From Eubacteriales bacterium (GTDB lineage Bacteria > Bacillota > Clostridia > Oscillospirales > QAKW01): a DNA stretch of 64,000 bases. The first letter of the stretch is position 1; every line of letters begins with the position of its first letter. The notes under the pieces are model-generated. The model was not told the origin of the DNA and made no database searches. It saw nothing but the letters and a program-made list of their open reading frames with translations. The stretch spans positions 26,786 through 90,785 of the forward strand of contig JAZQJA010000042.1 in assembly GCA_045541455.1 (NCBI GenBank). The letters run 5' to 3'. A program made the position numbers and the translations under genes. Shown here piece after piece: positions 37,424 through 47,809 of this stretch.

Positions 37424-39214
37424 ATGATAAGAAATCATATTCTTGTTTGCGGCGGTACAGGTTGTACTTCATCAGGCTCACAGAAAGTCATTGAAGCACT
37501 TAATGCCGAACTCGCTAAAAACAATCTTCAGGACGAAGTTAAAGTTGTTATGACAGGCTGCTTCGGTCTTTGTGCACTCGGTCCTATTATGATAGTTTAT
37601 CCCGAAGGTGCATTCTACAGCCGTGTAGAAACTGATATGATCCCTGAAATCGTTTCAGAACATATTATTAAAGGCCGTGTTGTTAAAAAATATCTTTATA
37701 CCGATACCGATAAAGAATCAGGTAAAGAAAGCGAATCTCTTAACGACACAGCATTCTATAAAAAACAAAAGAGGGTTGCTCTTCGTAACTGTGGTGTTAT
37801 TAACCCGGAGGATATTAACGAGTACATAGCTTATGATGGCTATGAAGCACTTGGTAAGGTCCTTACAGAAATGACACCTGCCGAGGTTATTCAACTTATT
37901 AAAGATTCAGGTCTTCGCGGACGCGGCGGTGCCGGCTTCCCAACCGGTCTTAAATGGGATTTTGCTTCAAGAAATAAATCAAAAATCAAGTATGTCTGCT
38001 GTAATGCTGACGAGGGTGACCCCGGTGCATTTATGGACCGTTCAGTATTGGAAGGTGACCCCCATACAATTATCGAAGCAATGGCAATCGCAGCTTATGC
38101 TGTAGGTGCTTGCAAAGGTTTCGTTTATATCAGGGCGGAATATCCTATCGCTGTAAACAGACTTAAAATAGCTATCAAACAAGCTAAAGAATATGGACTT
38201 TTGGGCGATAACATCTTTGGTACAGATTTCTGCTTTGACATGGAAATCCGTCTTGGTGCCGGTGCATTTGTTTGTGGTGAGGAAACAGCTCTTATGACTT
38301 CAATTGAGGGTAACCGTGGTGAGCCACGTCCTCGTCCGCCTTTCCCGTCAGATAAAGGTATATTCAGCATTCCTACAATGAACAATAACGTTGAGACTTA
38401 TGCAAACATTCCTCAGATTATCTTAAACGGTGCTGATTGGTTTGCTTCAATGGGCACAGAAAAATCAAAGGGTACAAAGGTATTTGCTCTCGGCGGTAAA
38501 ATAACCAATACCGGTCTTGTTGAGATTCCTATGGGAACTACTCTTCGTGAAATCATTGAAGATATCGGCGGTGGTATTCCCAATGGTAAAAAGTTTAAGG
38601 CAGCTCAAACCGGCGGTCCTTCAGGCGGTTGTATTCCTGCTTCTCTCATTGACACTCCTATCGATTACGACTCACTTGCCGCAATCGGTTCAATGATGGG
38701 TTCAGGCGGTCTTATCGTAATGGACGAAGATAACTGTATGGTTGATATAGCCAAGTTCTTCCTTGAGTTTACTGTTGATGAATCTTGCGGTAAATGTACT
38801 CCTTGCCGTGTTGGTACAAAGCGTTTGCTTGAATACCTCGAGAAAATCACAAGCGGTAATGCTACTATGCAAGACCTTGATGACCTTGAAGAACTTTGCT
38901 ACTATATCAAAGATAACGCACTTTGTGGTCTTGGTCAGACAGCTCCTAACCCCATTCTTTCTACACTTAAGTATTTCAGAGAAGAATATGTAGCACATAT
39001 TGTTGACAAAAAATGTCCTGCAGGCGTATGTAAAGACTTACTCCAGTTTAGAATTACAGATGCTTGTAAAGGTTGTACTCTCTGTGCAAGAAAATGTCCC
39101 GTCGGCGCAATCACCGGTAATGTTAAAGAAATTCACACTATTGATACTACAAAATGTATCAAGTGCGGCGTTTGTATTTCCGGCTGTAAGTTCGGCGCAA
39201 TAGTAAAAGAGTAA
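37424..39214 (+). CDS. hydB: NuoF-like flavoprotein subunit (FMN/NAD(P) binding, Fe-S) of [FeFe]-hydrogenase
   Basis: GLRGRGGAGFPTG (FMN site), SCGKCTPCR ([4Fe-4S]) and two C-terminal ferredoxin motifs are present. The ATG at 37424 follows GGAGAA. Confidence 0.9.
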   Translation: MIRNHILVCGGTGCTSSGSQKVIEALNAELAKNNLQDEVKVVMTGCFGLCALGPIMIVYPEGAFYSRVETDMIPEIVSEHIIKGRVVKKYLYTDTDKESGKESESLNDTAFYKKQKRVALRNCGVINPEDINEYIAYDGYEALGKVLTEMTPAEVIQLIKDSGLRGRGGAGFPTGLKWDFASRNKSKIKYVCCNADEGDPGAFMDRSVLEGDPHTIIEAMAIAAYAVGACKGFVYIRAEYPIAVNRLKIAIKQAKEYGLLGDNIFGTDFCFDMEIRLGAGAFVCGEETALMTSIEGNRGEPRPRPPFPSDKGIFSIPTMNNNVETYANIPQIILNGADWFASMGTEKSKGTKVFALGGKITNTGLVEIPMGTTLREIIEDIGGGIPNGKKFKAAQTGGPSGGCIPASLIDTPIDYDSLAAIGSMMGSGGLIVMDEDNCMVDIAKFFLEFTVDESCGKCTPCRVGTKRLLEYLEKITSGNATMQDLDDLEELCYYIKDNALCGLGQTAPNPILSTLKYFREEYVAHIVDKKCPAGVCKDLLQFRITDACKGCTLCARKCPVGAITGNVKEIHTIDTTKCIKCGVCISGCKFGAIVKE

Positions 39215-39228
39215 GGAGGTAATTTAGA

Positions 39229-40980
39229 ATGAATATGGTAAATCTTAAAATTAATAATGTAGACGTTACCGTTCCCGCAGGCTCAACAATTTTACAGGCT
39301 GCAAGAGCTGCTAACATAGATATTCCTACTCTTTGCTATATGAAAGAGATTAACGAGATTGGCGCATGCCGTATCTGTGTTGTTGAGGTAAAGGGTGCCC
39401 GCTCACTCGTTGCATCTTGTGTGTATCCGGTAAACGAGGGTATGGAAGTTTTCACTTCTACTCCCAAGGTTCTCAAAGCAAGAAAAATGACTCTCGAACT
39501 CATTCTTTCAAATCACAACCGTAAATGTCTCTCTTGTGTAAGAAGTGGTAATTGTGAACTTCAGAAACTTTGTCAGGAATACGGTGTTGAAAATGACGGT
39601 AAGTATGATGGTGCAGTAACTGAGAGTGAACTTGATAATTCGTCAGTAACAATGTTCCGTGACAATTCAAAGTGTATTCTTTGCCGTCGTTGCGTAGCAG
39701 CGTGTGAGAAAAATCAGTCAGTTTCTGTTATCGGTGCAAACGAAAGAGGTTTCGCAACACATATCGGTTCTGCGTTTGAGGCACTTCTCGATGAAACTTC
39801 TTGTGTATCTTGCGGTCAGTGTATTGTAAATTGTCCTGTTGGTGCTCTTGCTGAAAAGGATGATACCGATAAAGTTTGGGAAGCTCTTATGGATGATAGT
39901 AAACACGTTATCGTTCAAACAGCTCCTGCTGTTCGTGCTGCTATTGCAGAGGAATTTGATAATCCGATTGGTACTGATGGTGAGGGTAAAATGGTTGCAT
40001 CGTTAAGACGTCTTGGTTTTGACGGCGTTTACGATACAGACATCGCTGCTGACCTGACAATTCTTGAAGAGGCAAACGAGTTTATTGATCGTGTTAAAAA
40101 CGGCGGCAAACTCCCGCTTATTACTTCATGCTCACCAGGTTGGATTAAGTTCTGTGAGTATAACTATCACGACCTTCTTGACAACCTTTCAACATGTAAG
40201 TCACCGCAGCAGATGTTCGGTGCACTTGCAAAAACATGGTATGCTAAAAAGCAGGGTATTGATCCTAAAGACATTTTTGTCGTATCAGTTATGCCTTGTA
40301 CTGCTAAGAAATTTGAAATAACTCGCGAAAACCAAAATGCAGCAGGTGTTCCCGATGTTGATGTTGTTATCACAACCCGTGAACTTGCTAGAATGATTAA
40401 ACGCGCAGGTATTAACTTTAATGCACTTCCCGAAGAGAAATTTGACCTTCCGCTTGGTTCTTCAACCGGTGCAGGTGTTATCTTCGGTGCAACCGGCGGT
40501 GTTATGGAAGCAGCTCTCCGTACAGCTGTTGAAACACTTACAGGTGAACAACTTGGCAGTCTTGAATTCACCGAAGTTCGCGGAACAGAAGGCATAAAAG
40601 AAGCAACTTATAATGTTGCAGGTATGGATGTTAAAGTTGCGGTTGCATCCGGCCTTGCTAATGCAAAGGCTCTTATGGACAAAGTTCGCTCGGGTGAAGC
40701 AGACTATCATTTCATCGAAATTATGGCATGCCCAGGCGGCTGTGTAAACGGCGGTGGTCAACCCATTCAGCCTGCAACTGTTCACAACTTTGATGATATA
40801 AGAGCTAAGCGTGCATCAGTTCTTTATAACATAGATAAGAATATGCCGCTTCGCAAATCTCACGACAATCCTGTTCTTAAAGAGGCTTATGCCGATTACT
40901 TTGAAAAGCCAGGCAGCCATAAGGCTCATAAGGCTTTCCATACAACTTATGTTGCAAGAGATCCTTTCGGTAAACTTTAA
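39229..40980 (+). CDS. hydA: [FeFe]-hydrogenase catalytic subunit (multimeric, HydABC/Hnd type)
   Basis: An N-terminal 2Fe-2S plus His-ligated and 2x[4Fe-4S] F-cluster region is present. H-cluster motifs are VMPCTAKKFE (L2) and EIMACPGGCVNGGGQP (L3). L1 reads TSCSPGW. Confidence 0.92.
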   Translation: MNMVNLKINNVDVTVPAGSTILQAARAANIDIPTLCYMKEINEIGACRICVVEVKGARSLVASCVYPVNEGMEVFTSTPKVLKARKMTLELILSNHNRKCLSCVRSGNCELQKLCQEYGVENDGKYDGAVTESELDNSSVTMFRDNSKCILCRRCVAACEKNQSVSVIGANERGFATHIGSAFEALLDETSCVSCGQCIVNCPVGALAEKDDTDKVWEALMDDSKHVIVQTAPAVRAAIAEEFDNPIGTDGEGKMVASLRRLGFDGVYDTDIAADLTILEEANEFIDRVKNGGKLPLITSCSPGWIKFCEYNYHDLLDNLSTCKSPQQMFGALAKTWYAKKQGIDPKDIFVVSVMPCTAKKFEITRENQNAAGVPDVDVVITTRELARMIKRAGINFNALPEEKFDLPLGSSTGAGVIFGATGGVMEAALRTAVETLTGEQLGSLEFTEVRGTEGIKEATYNVAGMDVKVAVASGLANAKALMDKVRSGEADYHFIEIMACPGGCVNGGGQPIQPATVHNFDDIRAKRASVLYNIDKNMPLRKSHDNPVLKEAYADYFEKPGSHKAHKAFHTTYVARDPFGKL

Positions 40981-40993
40981 TTTTTAAAAATAA

Positions 40994-41024
40994 AAATCCC
41001 GTAACTTTCGTTACGGGATTTTTT
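40994..41024 (+). terminator. Intrinsic terminator of the hydrogenase operon
   Basis: A 12-bp stem, AAATCCCGTAAC / GTTACGGGATTT, followed by a T-run. Confidence 0.85.
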
Positions 41025-41058
41025 AATGAAAAAAGAGATGGGTTTAAACCCATCTCTT
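41025..41058 (-). terminator. Intrinsic terminator of ireB
   Basis: The stem is AAGAGATGGGTTT / AAACCCATCTCTT. A T-run follows it on the minus strand. Confidence 0.75.
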
Positions 41059-41063
41059 CAAAT

Positions 41064-41315
41064 TTAGTTATCAAGATAAAACTTAACAATAATGTGTAAG
41101 AGTTCATCTCTGTCAAGTTTGCGAATAAGAGCGCGTGCATTGTTGTGGTTTGTAATGTAGGTAGGATCTTCCGACAAAATGTAACCAACAATCTGGTTTA
41201 AAGGGTTATAACCTTTTTCTTTAAGCGCGTCATAAACGGTAGTAAGTATCTCTTTCATTTGCAGTTCATTCTCTTTTTTGAGACTGTACTGTATTGTGTT
41301 ATGATTTTTATCCAT
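41064..41315 (-). CDS. ireB: IreB family regulatory phosphoprotein (UPF0297)
   Basis: An 83-aa protein with the EKGYNP.NQIVGY..S.DP.YI... pattern. Confidence 0.75.
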   Translation of the reverse strand: MDKNHNTIQYSLKKENELQMKEILTTVYDALKEKGYNPLNQIVGYILSEDPTYITNHNNARALIRKLDRDELLHIIVKFYLDN

Positions 41316-41398
41316 TATGACATCCGCCTTTCAAATATACTATATATATTTTAAAACATTTAACTAAATTTATCAATAGTAACTTTGTAAAAAAACTA

Positions 41399-43786
41399 CT
41401 AACTTCTGATAACAGCGTCAATTTCAGCCAAAGCTTTGATAATCTTTTTCATCTTTGCATCTATATCGCTGTCGCTGAGCGTTCTGTCATTTGCTCTAAA
41501 CACAAGTGCAAAAGCAAGGCTTACAAATCCGCTTGGAATTTGTGAACCGCTGTAAACATCAAATAATTTAACGCTTTCAAGTATGCCTTTTGCTCGCTGT
41601 TCAATAATTTCTGTTATTTGAGCAACACTTACACTCTTTGGACAAAGCAACGCAAGGTCGCGTGTTGTAGCAGGAAACTTAGGTAGGGGAGTGAATGTTT
41701 TTTCAGTATTAGAATTTTCAAACATTCTTTCGAAATCAAGCACAGCAATATAGGTTTTTGTATCAAGTCCAAACTCTTTTGTAACTGCAGGGTGTATTTC
41801 ACCTATAATACCTATTACGGTATCGTCCTTAACTATTTCAGCAGTACGGCCGGGATGGTATGTTGGGTTTTCGCTTTGCGGTATATATTTACAACCATAA
41901 ATGCCTGCTGCCTCAAGTGTCTGCTCTACTATACCTTTTAATGCAAAGAAATCATATTTTTCACCGTATGCACCAATGCAAAATTCAACCTTTTCTTCAG
42001 GAAGAGTATCTGCATCACCTTGCTTAATATAAACAGTTGCAGGCTCATAAAGACAAGCATTCTCATTTCTGTTGTTGTAATTGAGTGCAAGTGTGTCAAG
42101 CATTGAAGCTACCGATGTAGTTCTCATTATGCTTGTATCTTCACCAAGTGGATTGGAAATTACAACACTGTCACGGCGAATGTCATTTGCTTCGTAGTGC
42201 AACTTGTCGTATATTTTGGGACTTACAAACGAGTATGTGCATATTTCGTATGCGCCCTGTGCTATAAGAGTATCATTAATTATTTTAGAAAGCGCCTGCT
42301 TGGGAGTCAACATACCTTGTGTTGTTTCCATATTAACAAGGGTTGTAGGAATCTCATTGTATCCGTATAAACGTACAATTTCTTCTGCAAGGTCAGCTTT
42401 TTCTTCAACGTCATCTCTGAAACTGGGCACTGTTACATTGAAATCGCTGTCCACACCAAATTCAAGCGACTTTAATGAATTTACCATAAACTCACTTGAA
42501 ATTTCAGTGCCAAGAAACTTGTTAACCCAATCCGGATCCAACTTAATTACACGTTTTTCTCGTGTATCGTTGTTTATGTCAATAACACCGCTTACAATTT
42601 CGCCTGCGCCAAGCATCTCTATAAGTTCGCAGGCTCTGTCAAGGGCTTCCATTGTCATAACAGGGTCAAGACCTTTTTCAAATCTTGACGATGCATCGGT
42701 TCTCATGCCAAGTTTTTTAGTTGTGTGTCTAACGCTTGCCCCGTTAAAGTTCGCAGACTCAAAAACAACAGTTTTTGTGCTTTCAGTAATTTCGCTGTTG
42801 GCACCGCCCATAACACCTGCAATACCTACGCTCTTGTACGCATCGGCAATTACAAGCATATCACTGTCCAGTTTTCTGTCTTGGTCGTCAAGAGTTTTAA
42901 AGTTTTCGTTGTTTTTAGCATTTCTTACAACGATAGCACTGCCGTCGAGACATTTGTAATCAAATGCATGCATAGGCTGACCGTATTCAAGCATAACATA
43001 GTTTGTAATATCAACAATGTTATTAATAGGACGGACACCGCTTACATGTAGTCTTTCGCGAAGCCATGCAGGTGACGGCTCAACTTTTATATTTCTTACA
43101 ACTCTGGCTGTATATCTTTTGCAGAGTGTGCTGTTTTCTACAGTGACAGACAGGTACTTGTCAATGTTTTCATCACTCACCTCGTTAAACTTTGGTGTGC
43201 GCTTTTTAAAGGGTAAGCCGTATGTTGCAGCAGTTTCTCTTGCAAGACCAATTACCGATAAACAGTCAGGTCTGTTTGGTGTAATTTCGAATTCATAAAC
43301 ATCGTCGTCATAACCTATTGCGTCAACAATGTTCTGCCCTAGTTCACAAGGGAAGTTAATTATAAAAATACCATCTTCAATTGCATCGGGAAAGTTATGA
43401 GCAGTAAGTCCCAATTCTCCGAGTGAACAAAGCATACCTTCGGATACTTCGCCACGAAGTTTGCCCTTTTTAATCTGCGTTCCGTCAGGCAGAATTGCAC
43501 CATCAACACAAACCGGAACAATTGCTCCTTCAAATACATTGTTGGCACCTGTAACAATTTGCAAGTCGTTTTCTTTTCCCACATTGACTTGACATATTAC
43601 AAGTTTTTCGGCATTTGGATGCTTGTCAATTTTGGTAATTTTGCCAACTACCACATTGTGTATTCTGTTTTTAAGATTGTCGTATGTTTCAACCTTCGAA
43701 CCCGACATAGTCATACGCTCTGCGTACTCTCTAGGTTCGGCTTTTATATCAACATAATCGTTTAACCATTTAGTAGATAAATTCAT
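41399..43786 (-). CDS. pheT: Phenylalanine--tRNA ligase beta subunit
   Basis: A 795-aa protein with an N-terminal tRNA-binding (EMAP-like) domain plus B3/4, B5 and FDX-ACB domains. It lies directly after pheS. Confidence 0.95.
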   Translation of the reverse strand: MNLSTKWLNDYVDIKAEPREYAERMTMSGSKVETYDNLKNRIHNVVVGKITKIDKHPNAEKLVICQVNVGKENDLQIVTGANNVFEGAIVPVCVDGAILPDGTQIKKGKLRGEVSEGMLCSLGELGLTAHNFPDAIEDGIFIINFPCELGQNIVDAIGYDDDVYEFEITPNRPDCLSVIGLARETAATYGLPFKKRTPKFNEVSDENIDKYLSVTVENSTLCKRYTARVVRNIKVEPSPAWLRERLHVSGVRPINNIVDITNYVMLEYGQPMHAFDYKCLDGSAIVVRNAKNNENFKTLDDQDRKLDSDMLVIADAYKSVGIAGVMGGANSEITESTKTVVFESANFNGASVRHTTKKLGMRTDASSRFEKGLDPVMTMEALDRACELIEMLGAGEIVSGVIDINNDTREKRVIKLDPDWVNKFLGTEISSEFMVNSLKSLEFGVDSDFNVTVPSFRDDVEEKADLAEEIVRLYGYNEIPTTLVNMETTQGMLTPKQALSKIINDTLIAQGAYEICTYSFVSPKIYDKLHYEANDIRRDSVVISNPLGEDTSIMRTTSVASMLDTLALNYNNRNENACLYEPATVYIKQGDADTLPEEKVEFCIGAYGEKYDFFALKGIVEQTLEAAGIYGCKYIPQSENPTYHPGRTAEIVKDDTVIGIIGEIHPAVTKEFGLDTKTYIAVLDFERMFENSNTEKTFTPLPKFPATTRDLALLCPKSVSVAQITEIIEQRAKGILESVKLFDVYSGSQIPSGFVSLAFALVFRANDRTLSDSDIDAKMKKIIKALAEIDAVIRS

Positions 43787-43798
43787 TGTGCCGCCTCC

Positions 43799-44818
43799 TT
43801 AAAACTGTGAGAGAAAACGTTTGTCGTTTTCAAAGAATAACCGCAAATCATTAATGTTGTATCTTCTCATAACAATTCGTTCAAGACCGAGACCAAAAGC
43901 AAAACCGCTGTATTCATCGGGGTCAATTCCACAGTTTCGTAATACTTTTGGGTGTACCATGCCTGCACCTAAAATTTCAATCCAACCTTCGCCTTTGCAC
44001 AGTCTGCAACCTTTACCACCGCAAGAGAAGCAGCAAATATCCATTTCAGCAGATGGCTCAGTAAACGAAAAGTGGTGGGGACGGAAACGAGTAACGGTAT
44101 TCTCACCATAAAGCCTTTTGGCAAAAAGATCAAGCGTTCCTTTAAGGTCGCTCATTCTTATATTTTTGTCAATAACAAGTCCTTCAATTTGATGAAATAA
44201 CGGTGAATGTGTTGCGTCAACTTCATCAGAACGGTAAACGCGCCCTGGTGCGATAATTTTTATCGGCAGTTTACCTTGCTCCATAACATGTGCCTGAACA
44301 GGTGATGTTTGTGTGCGAAGCAAAATGTTTTCTGTAATATAAAAAGTATCTTGTGTGTCGCGCGCAGGGTGGTCTTTTGGCATATTTAAAAGCTCAAAGT
44401 TGTACTTATCGTATTCAACTTCCGGACCTGCAGCAATTTGAAAGCCCATTCCTATAAAAATATCTTTAATCTCATCAAGAACTTTTGTAAGCGGATGCTT
44501 TTTGCCAAGCTCATAAATTTTACCCGGCATTGTAACATCAATTGTTTCTTCTTTTAATTTTTTCTCGCTTTCAGCAGCTTCAAGCATAGCTTTTTTGCTG
44601 TCAATAGCGTCTGTAATATCTGCACGCACTTCGTTGGCAAGCGCACCTACAATAGGTCTTTCTTCGGCTGATAAAGCACCCATACCACGAAGTACGGCGG
44701 TAAGTTCGCCTTTTTTACCTAAAAATCGAATTCTGATTTCTTCTATTTCTGTAAGTGCATTGCAACTTTCAATACACTCTTTAGCAGAAACTCTAATTTC
44801 TTCAAGTTTTTGTTTCAC
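43799..44818 (-). CDS. pheS: Phenylalanine--tRNA ligase alpha subunit
   Basis: Class II motifs are present (...[29 protein letters not shown]). The GTG start at 44818 lies 8 nt after AAGGAGG. Confidence 0.95.
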   Translation of the reverse strand: MKQKLEEIRVSAKECIESCNALTEIEEIRIRFLGKKGELTAVLRGMGALSAEERPIVGALANEVRADITDAIDSKKAMLEAAESEKKLKEETIDVTMPGKIYELGKKHPLTKVLDEIKDIFIGMGFQIAAGPEVEYDKYNFELLNMPKDHPARDTQDTFYITENILLRTQTSPVQAHVMEQGKLPIKIIAPGRVYRSDEVDATHSPLFHQIEGLVIDKNIRMSDLKGTLDLFAKRLYGENTVTRFRPHHFSFTEPSAEMDICCFSCGGKGCRLCKGEGWIEILGAGMVHPKVLRNCGIDPDEYSGFAFGLGLERIVMRRYNINDLRLFFENDKRFLSQF

Positions 44819-44841
44819 GTCATTTCCTCCTTGTGAAATAT

Positions 44842-45064
44842 AAAAAAACTCCGCCCCAGTCAAGGGACGGAGTAAAATTTACCCGTGTTACCACCCAAGT
44901 TCCTAAAATTAGGCACTCATTATCCGTTTAACGCACGGTTACGGCGTGTATCCACGCAGCTCCAATGTGAATATGACATATACGTCTAGCCTTATCCGCC
45001 TTACAGCCTATGGACGAAATTCTCTTTAAGGATACATATATGCTTTTGGCATTTTCAACGCATT
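44842..45064 (-). promoter_or_regulatory. T-box riboswitch leader of pheST (specifier UUC)
   Basis: On the minus strand the T-box sequence reads AACTTGGGTGGTAACACGGGT (44881-44900). The terminator ACTCCGTCCC...GGGGCGGAGT plus T7 lies at 44842-44873. TTC followed by A sits at 44969-44971. Confidence 0.85.
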
Positions 45065-45070
45065 TAGTAT

Positions 45071-45099
45071 ATAATATCATAACAATTTGTTAAATGCAA
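45071..45099 (-). promoter_or_regulatory. Sigma-A promoter of the pheST leader
   Basis: On the minus strand: TTGCAT (45094-45099), a 17-nt spacer, then TATTAT (45071-45076). Confidence 0.7.
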
Positions 45100-45149
45100 G
45101 ACTTTTTCTTGAAAAAGGGAACGGTGTGTGTTATTATTAAATTTATAGA

Positions 45150-45686
45150 TTGGAGATGTATAAAATGGATAACTATATCGAGGTCGTTGTACCTAAAAAA
45201 CCTAATTTTAAAGACAGAATAATAAGTTTTGGCGCAACAGTTTTGCCAATGCTTATAGGCAGTTATCTTGTGATTATGCTCTATTTTGCAAAAGTTTCGG
45301 CACTTTTGCCGCTCGCAATAATTGCGTGTGCTGTGCTGTATTATTTGGCTTATAAAATTTATTGCCGATTTAATGTTGAATGGGAATATATTCTTGTCGG
45401 TGATGAACTTAGATTTTCCAAAATAATAAATAAAAGCAAACGCCGTGATATACTTACAATAAATCTTTCAAAAATAGAAACTGTAGCAAAGGCAAATGAT
45501 ACTTCTTTTTCACACCCCCTTAAGAATGTTACAAGAAAGTTTTTCTTTATTTCTCAAACAAATAATGACTACTTGTTTTTAATCGGCTTTGATAAAAAAG
45601 GTAATAAAGTTGCTGTGTTTTTTGAGCCTGATGAAAAAATGCTTGAAAACTTTAAAACAACCCTTCGCGGTAAACTTTTTGTATGA
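45150..45686 (+). CDS. Hypothetical membrane protein
   Basis: Two central hydrophobic helices and no recognisable catalytic motif. The start could instead be the ATG at 45165. Confidence 0.5.
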   Translation: MEMYKMDNYIEVVVPKKPNFKDRIISFGATVLPMLIGSYLVIMLYFAKVSALLPLAIIACAVLYYLAYKIYCRFNVEWEYILVGDELRFSKIINKSKRRDILTINLSKIETVAKANDTSFSHPLKNVTRKFFFISQTNNDYLFLIGFDKKGNKVAVFFEPDEKMLENFKTTLRGKLFV

Positions 45687-46528
45687 TAAAATTAAACGGT
45701 TTTGAATTTAAAACGCTGTTGCCAAAACGCGCTTGTGATTCTCATAAAGGCACGTTTGGTACAGCGGCTATTGTTGCTGGCAGTCTTTGCTATCAGGGTG
45801 CTGCTGCGCTTGCAACGCGTGCCGCACTTTTAAGCGGCGCGGGTATTGTATGCGCTTTTATTCCTGACTGCATTTATGATGCTTTTGCAGCAAAAACATT
45901 CGGCGCTGTTATACAGCCGCTTGACAGTAAAAACGGAATTATTTGCGACAACAGCCTTACACAAAAAATTTTATCCCGGCGTGTAAATGCAGTACTGTGC
46001 GGTAGTGGTATAGGCATAGGTGCAGGTGCTAAAAATGCAGTAGAACAGGTTTCAAAACTTGATTTGCCTGTCGTCTTTGATGCTGATGCACTTTTAGTTA
46101 TTGCTGAGGATAAAACACTCTTAAATCGTAATTTTCCAACTATTTTAACACCACATTTGGGTGAGTTTTCAAAACTTATAAATGAAACTGTTGATAATAT
46201 AAAAAGAGATAGATATAATCTTGCTTTAAGTTTTTTAAAAAAGTATAACTGCACACTTGTGCTTAAAGATTATGAGACTGTTATTGCAACGCCTGATGAA
46301 AGTTACTCACTTTGCAACCCTACCTCAGCTCTTTCCAAGGGTGGAAGCGGTGATGTTCTTGCAGGCATTATTTGTTCACTTGTTGCACAAGGTATGACAG
46401 CAAAAAATGCGTCGGTATGTGCAGTAACTATTCATAATCGTTGCGGACACCTTGCCGCTCAAATTTATGGCGAGCGCGCTGTACTTGCCGAAGATATTGC
46501 TGAACAATTAAGAAAGCCGGTGTTTTAA
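45683..46528 (+). CDS. nnrD: ADP-dependent NAD(P)H-hydrate dehydratase (carbohydrate-kinase-like domain)
   Basis: The HKG..G......GS....GAA.L pattern and the C-terminal GGSGDVLAG motif are present. Confidence 0.8.
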   Translation: MIKLNGFEFKTLLPKRACDSHKGTFGTAAIVAGSLCYQGAAALATRAALLSGAGIVCAFIPDCIYDAFAAKTFGAVIQPLDSKNGIICDNSLTQKILSRRVNAVLCGSGIGIGAGAKNAVEQVSKLDLPVVFDADALLVIAEDKTLLNRNFPTILTPHLGEFSKLINETVDNIKRDRYNLALSFLKKYNCTLVLKDYETVIATPDESYSLCNPTSALSKGGSGDVLAGIICSLVAQGMTAKNASVCAVTIHNRCGHLAAQIYGERAVLAEDIAEQLRKPVF

Positions 46529-47691
46529 TGGACTTTTTAAGGCGCTGTTGGGCTGAAATTTCGCTTGACAAGCTTGTTTCAAATTTGAATAATATAAAAT
46601 CACTTATTGGTACTTCGGATATTTGCGCTGTTGTAAAAGCAAATGCTTATGGTCATGGCGATAAGGCTATTGTGTTGCAACTGCAAAAAGAAGGGGTTAA
46701 ACGTTTTGCTGTCGCCACAATGTGTGAAGCTGTTCACCTTCGCAAACTCGGTGTGACGGGAGATATTTTATTGCTTGGCGGTTGTCTTGACGACACCTTT
46801 GAAAGTGCTTTGCAGAACGATATAACTCTTACTGTGTTTGATTTTGATTTTGCAAAACGTATTGCTAATTATGCCCGAAAGACAAATAAAACGGTTAAAA
46901 TACATATAAAACTTAATACCGGTATGAACCGTGTTGGGTTTGATTGTATTACTCAATCCGACCGTATAAATACAGCAAAGTTAATCTATGATATATCTAA
47001 ACTTGAATGTGTTGAGGTTGAAGGAATATTTACTCATTTTGCGGTGAGCGATGAACAAGATAGTGATGGGTATACAGATTTTCAAATTAATTGTATAAAT
47101 GAACTTGTTTCACTTTTAAAACAGAAGGGAATTACAGTTAAATATATACATTGTGCAAATAGCGGTGCTATAATTAATAAACCTTGTGCTTATTATAATT
47201 TTGTTCGCGCCGGTATTGCTCTTTATGGGCTGTATGAAGGATATGGCAAGCCAAATAACTTTACACCTATTTTGTCGCTTAAAAGCGTAATTAGTCAGAT
47301 TCGTAATATTGAAATTGGCACATCTGTAAGTTATGGCAGGTCGTTTGTTGCTAAAAAGCCAATGCGTTTGGCTACTGTAAATATAGGTTATGGCGACGGT
47401 TATCCCCGCAGTCTGTCATCGAAAGGTAGAATGCTTGTAAACGGAAAAAGTTGTAAAATTGTCGGTAAGGTATGTATGGACCAAACGATAATTGATATTA
47501 CAGGTGTAGATTGTGCTGTTGGAGATACCGTTACAGTAATAGGTACAGACTCAAGAGAGTGCATAACAGCTTTAGAAATTGCAAATCTCGATAATACAAT
47601 TAATTATGAAACCGTATGTAATATTTCAATGCGTGTGCCGCGTGTGTACTATAAAGATGGTAAAATAGCCGAAATTACTCAGTATATTTAG
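46528..47691 (+). CDS. alr: Alanine racemase
   Basis: The PLP-lysine motif AVVKANAYGHG is present, with YGD/GYP-type C-terminal domain motifs. Confidence 0.92.
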   Translation: MDFLRRCWAEISLDKLVSNLNNIKSLIGTSDICAVVKANAYGHGDKAIVLQLQKEGVKRFAVATMCEAVHLRKLGVTGDILLLGGCLDDTFESALQNDITLTVFDFDFAKRIANYARKTNKTVKIHIKLNTGMNRVGFDCITQSDRINTAKLIYDISKLECVEVEGIFTHFAVSDEQDSDGYTDFQINCINELVSLLKQKGITVKYIHCANSGAIINKPCAYYNFVRAGIALYGLYEGYGKPNNFTPILSLKSVISQIRNIEIGTSVSYGRSFVAKKPMRLATVNIGYGDGYPRSLSSKGRMLVNGKSCKIVGKVCMDQTIIDITGVDCAVGDTVTVIGTDSRECITALEIANLDNTINYETVCNISMRVPRVYYKDGKIAEITQYI

Positions 47692-47809
47692 TTTTGTGAC
47701 CGTAAAAATATTTTTAATATAGAATGATAGTGATTAAACTTTGAAGTAAATGTTAATACTATCATTGTAAAACATGTTTTAAATATTTTTGCGGAGAGTG
47801 AAAACCTTA

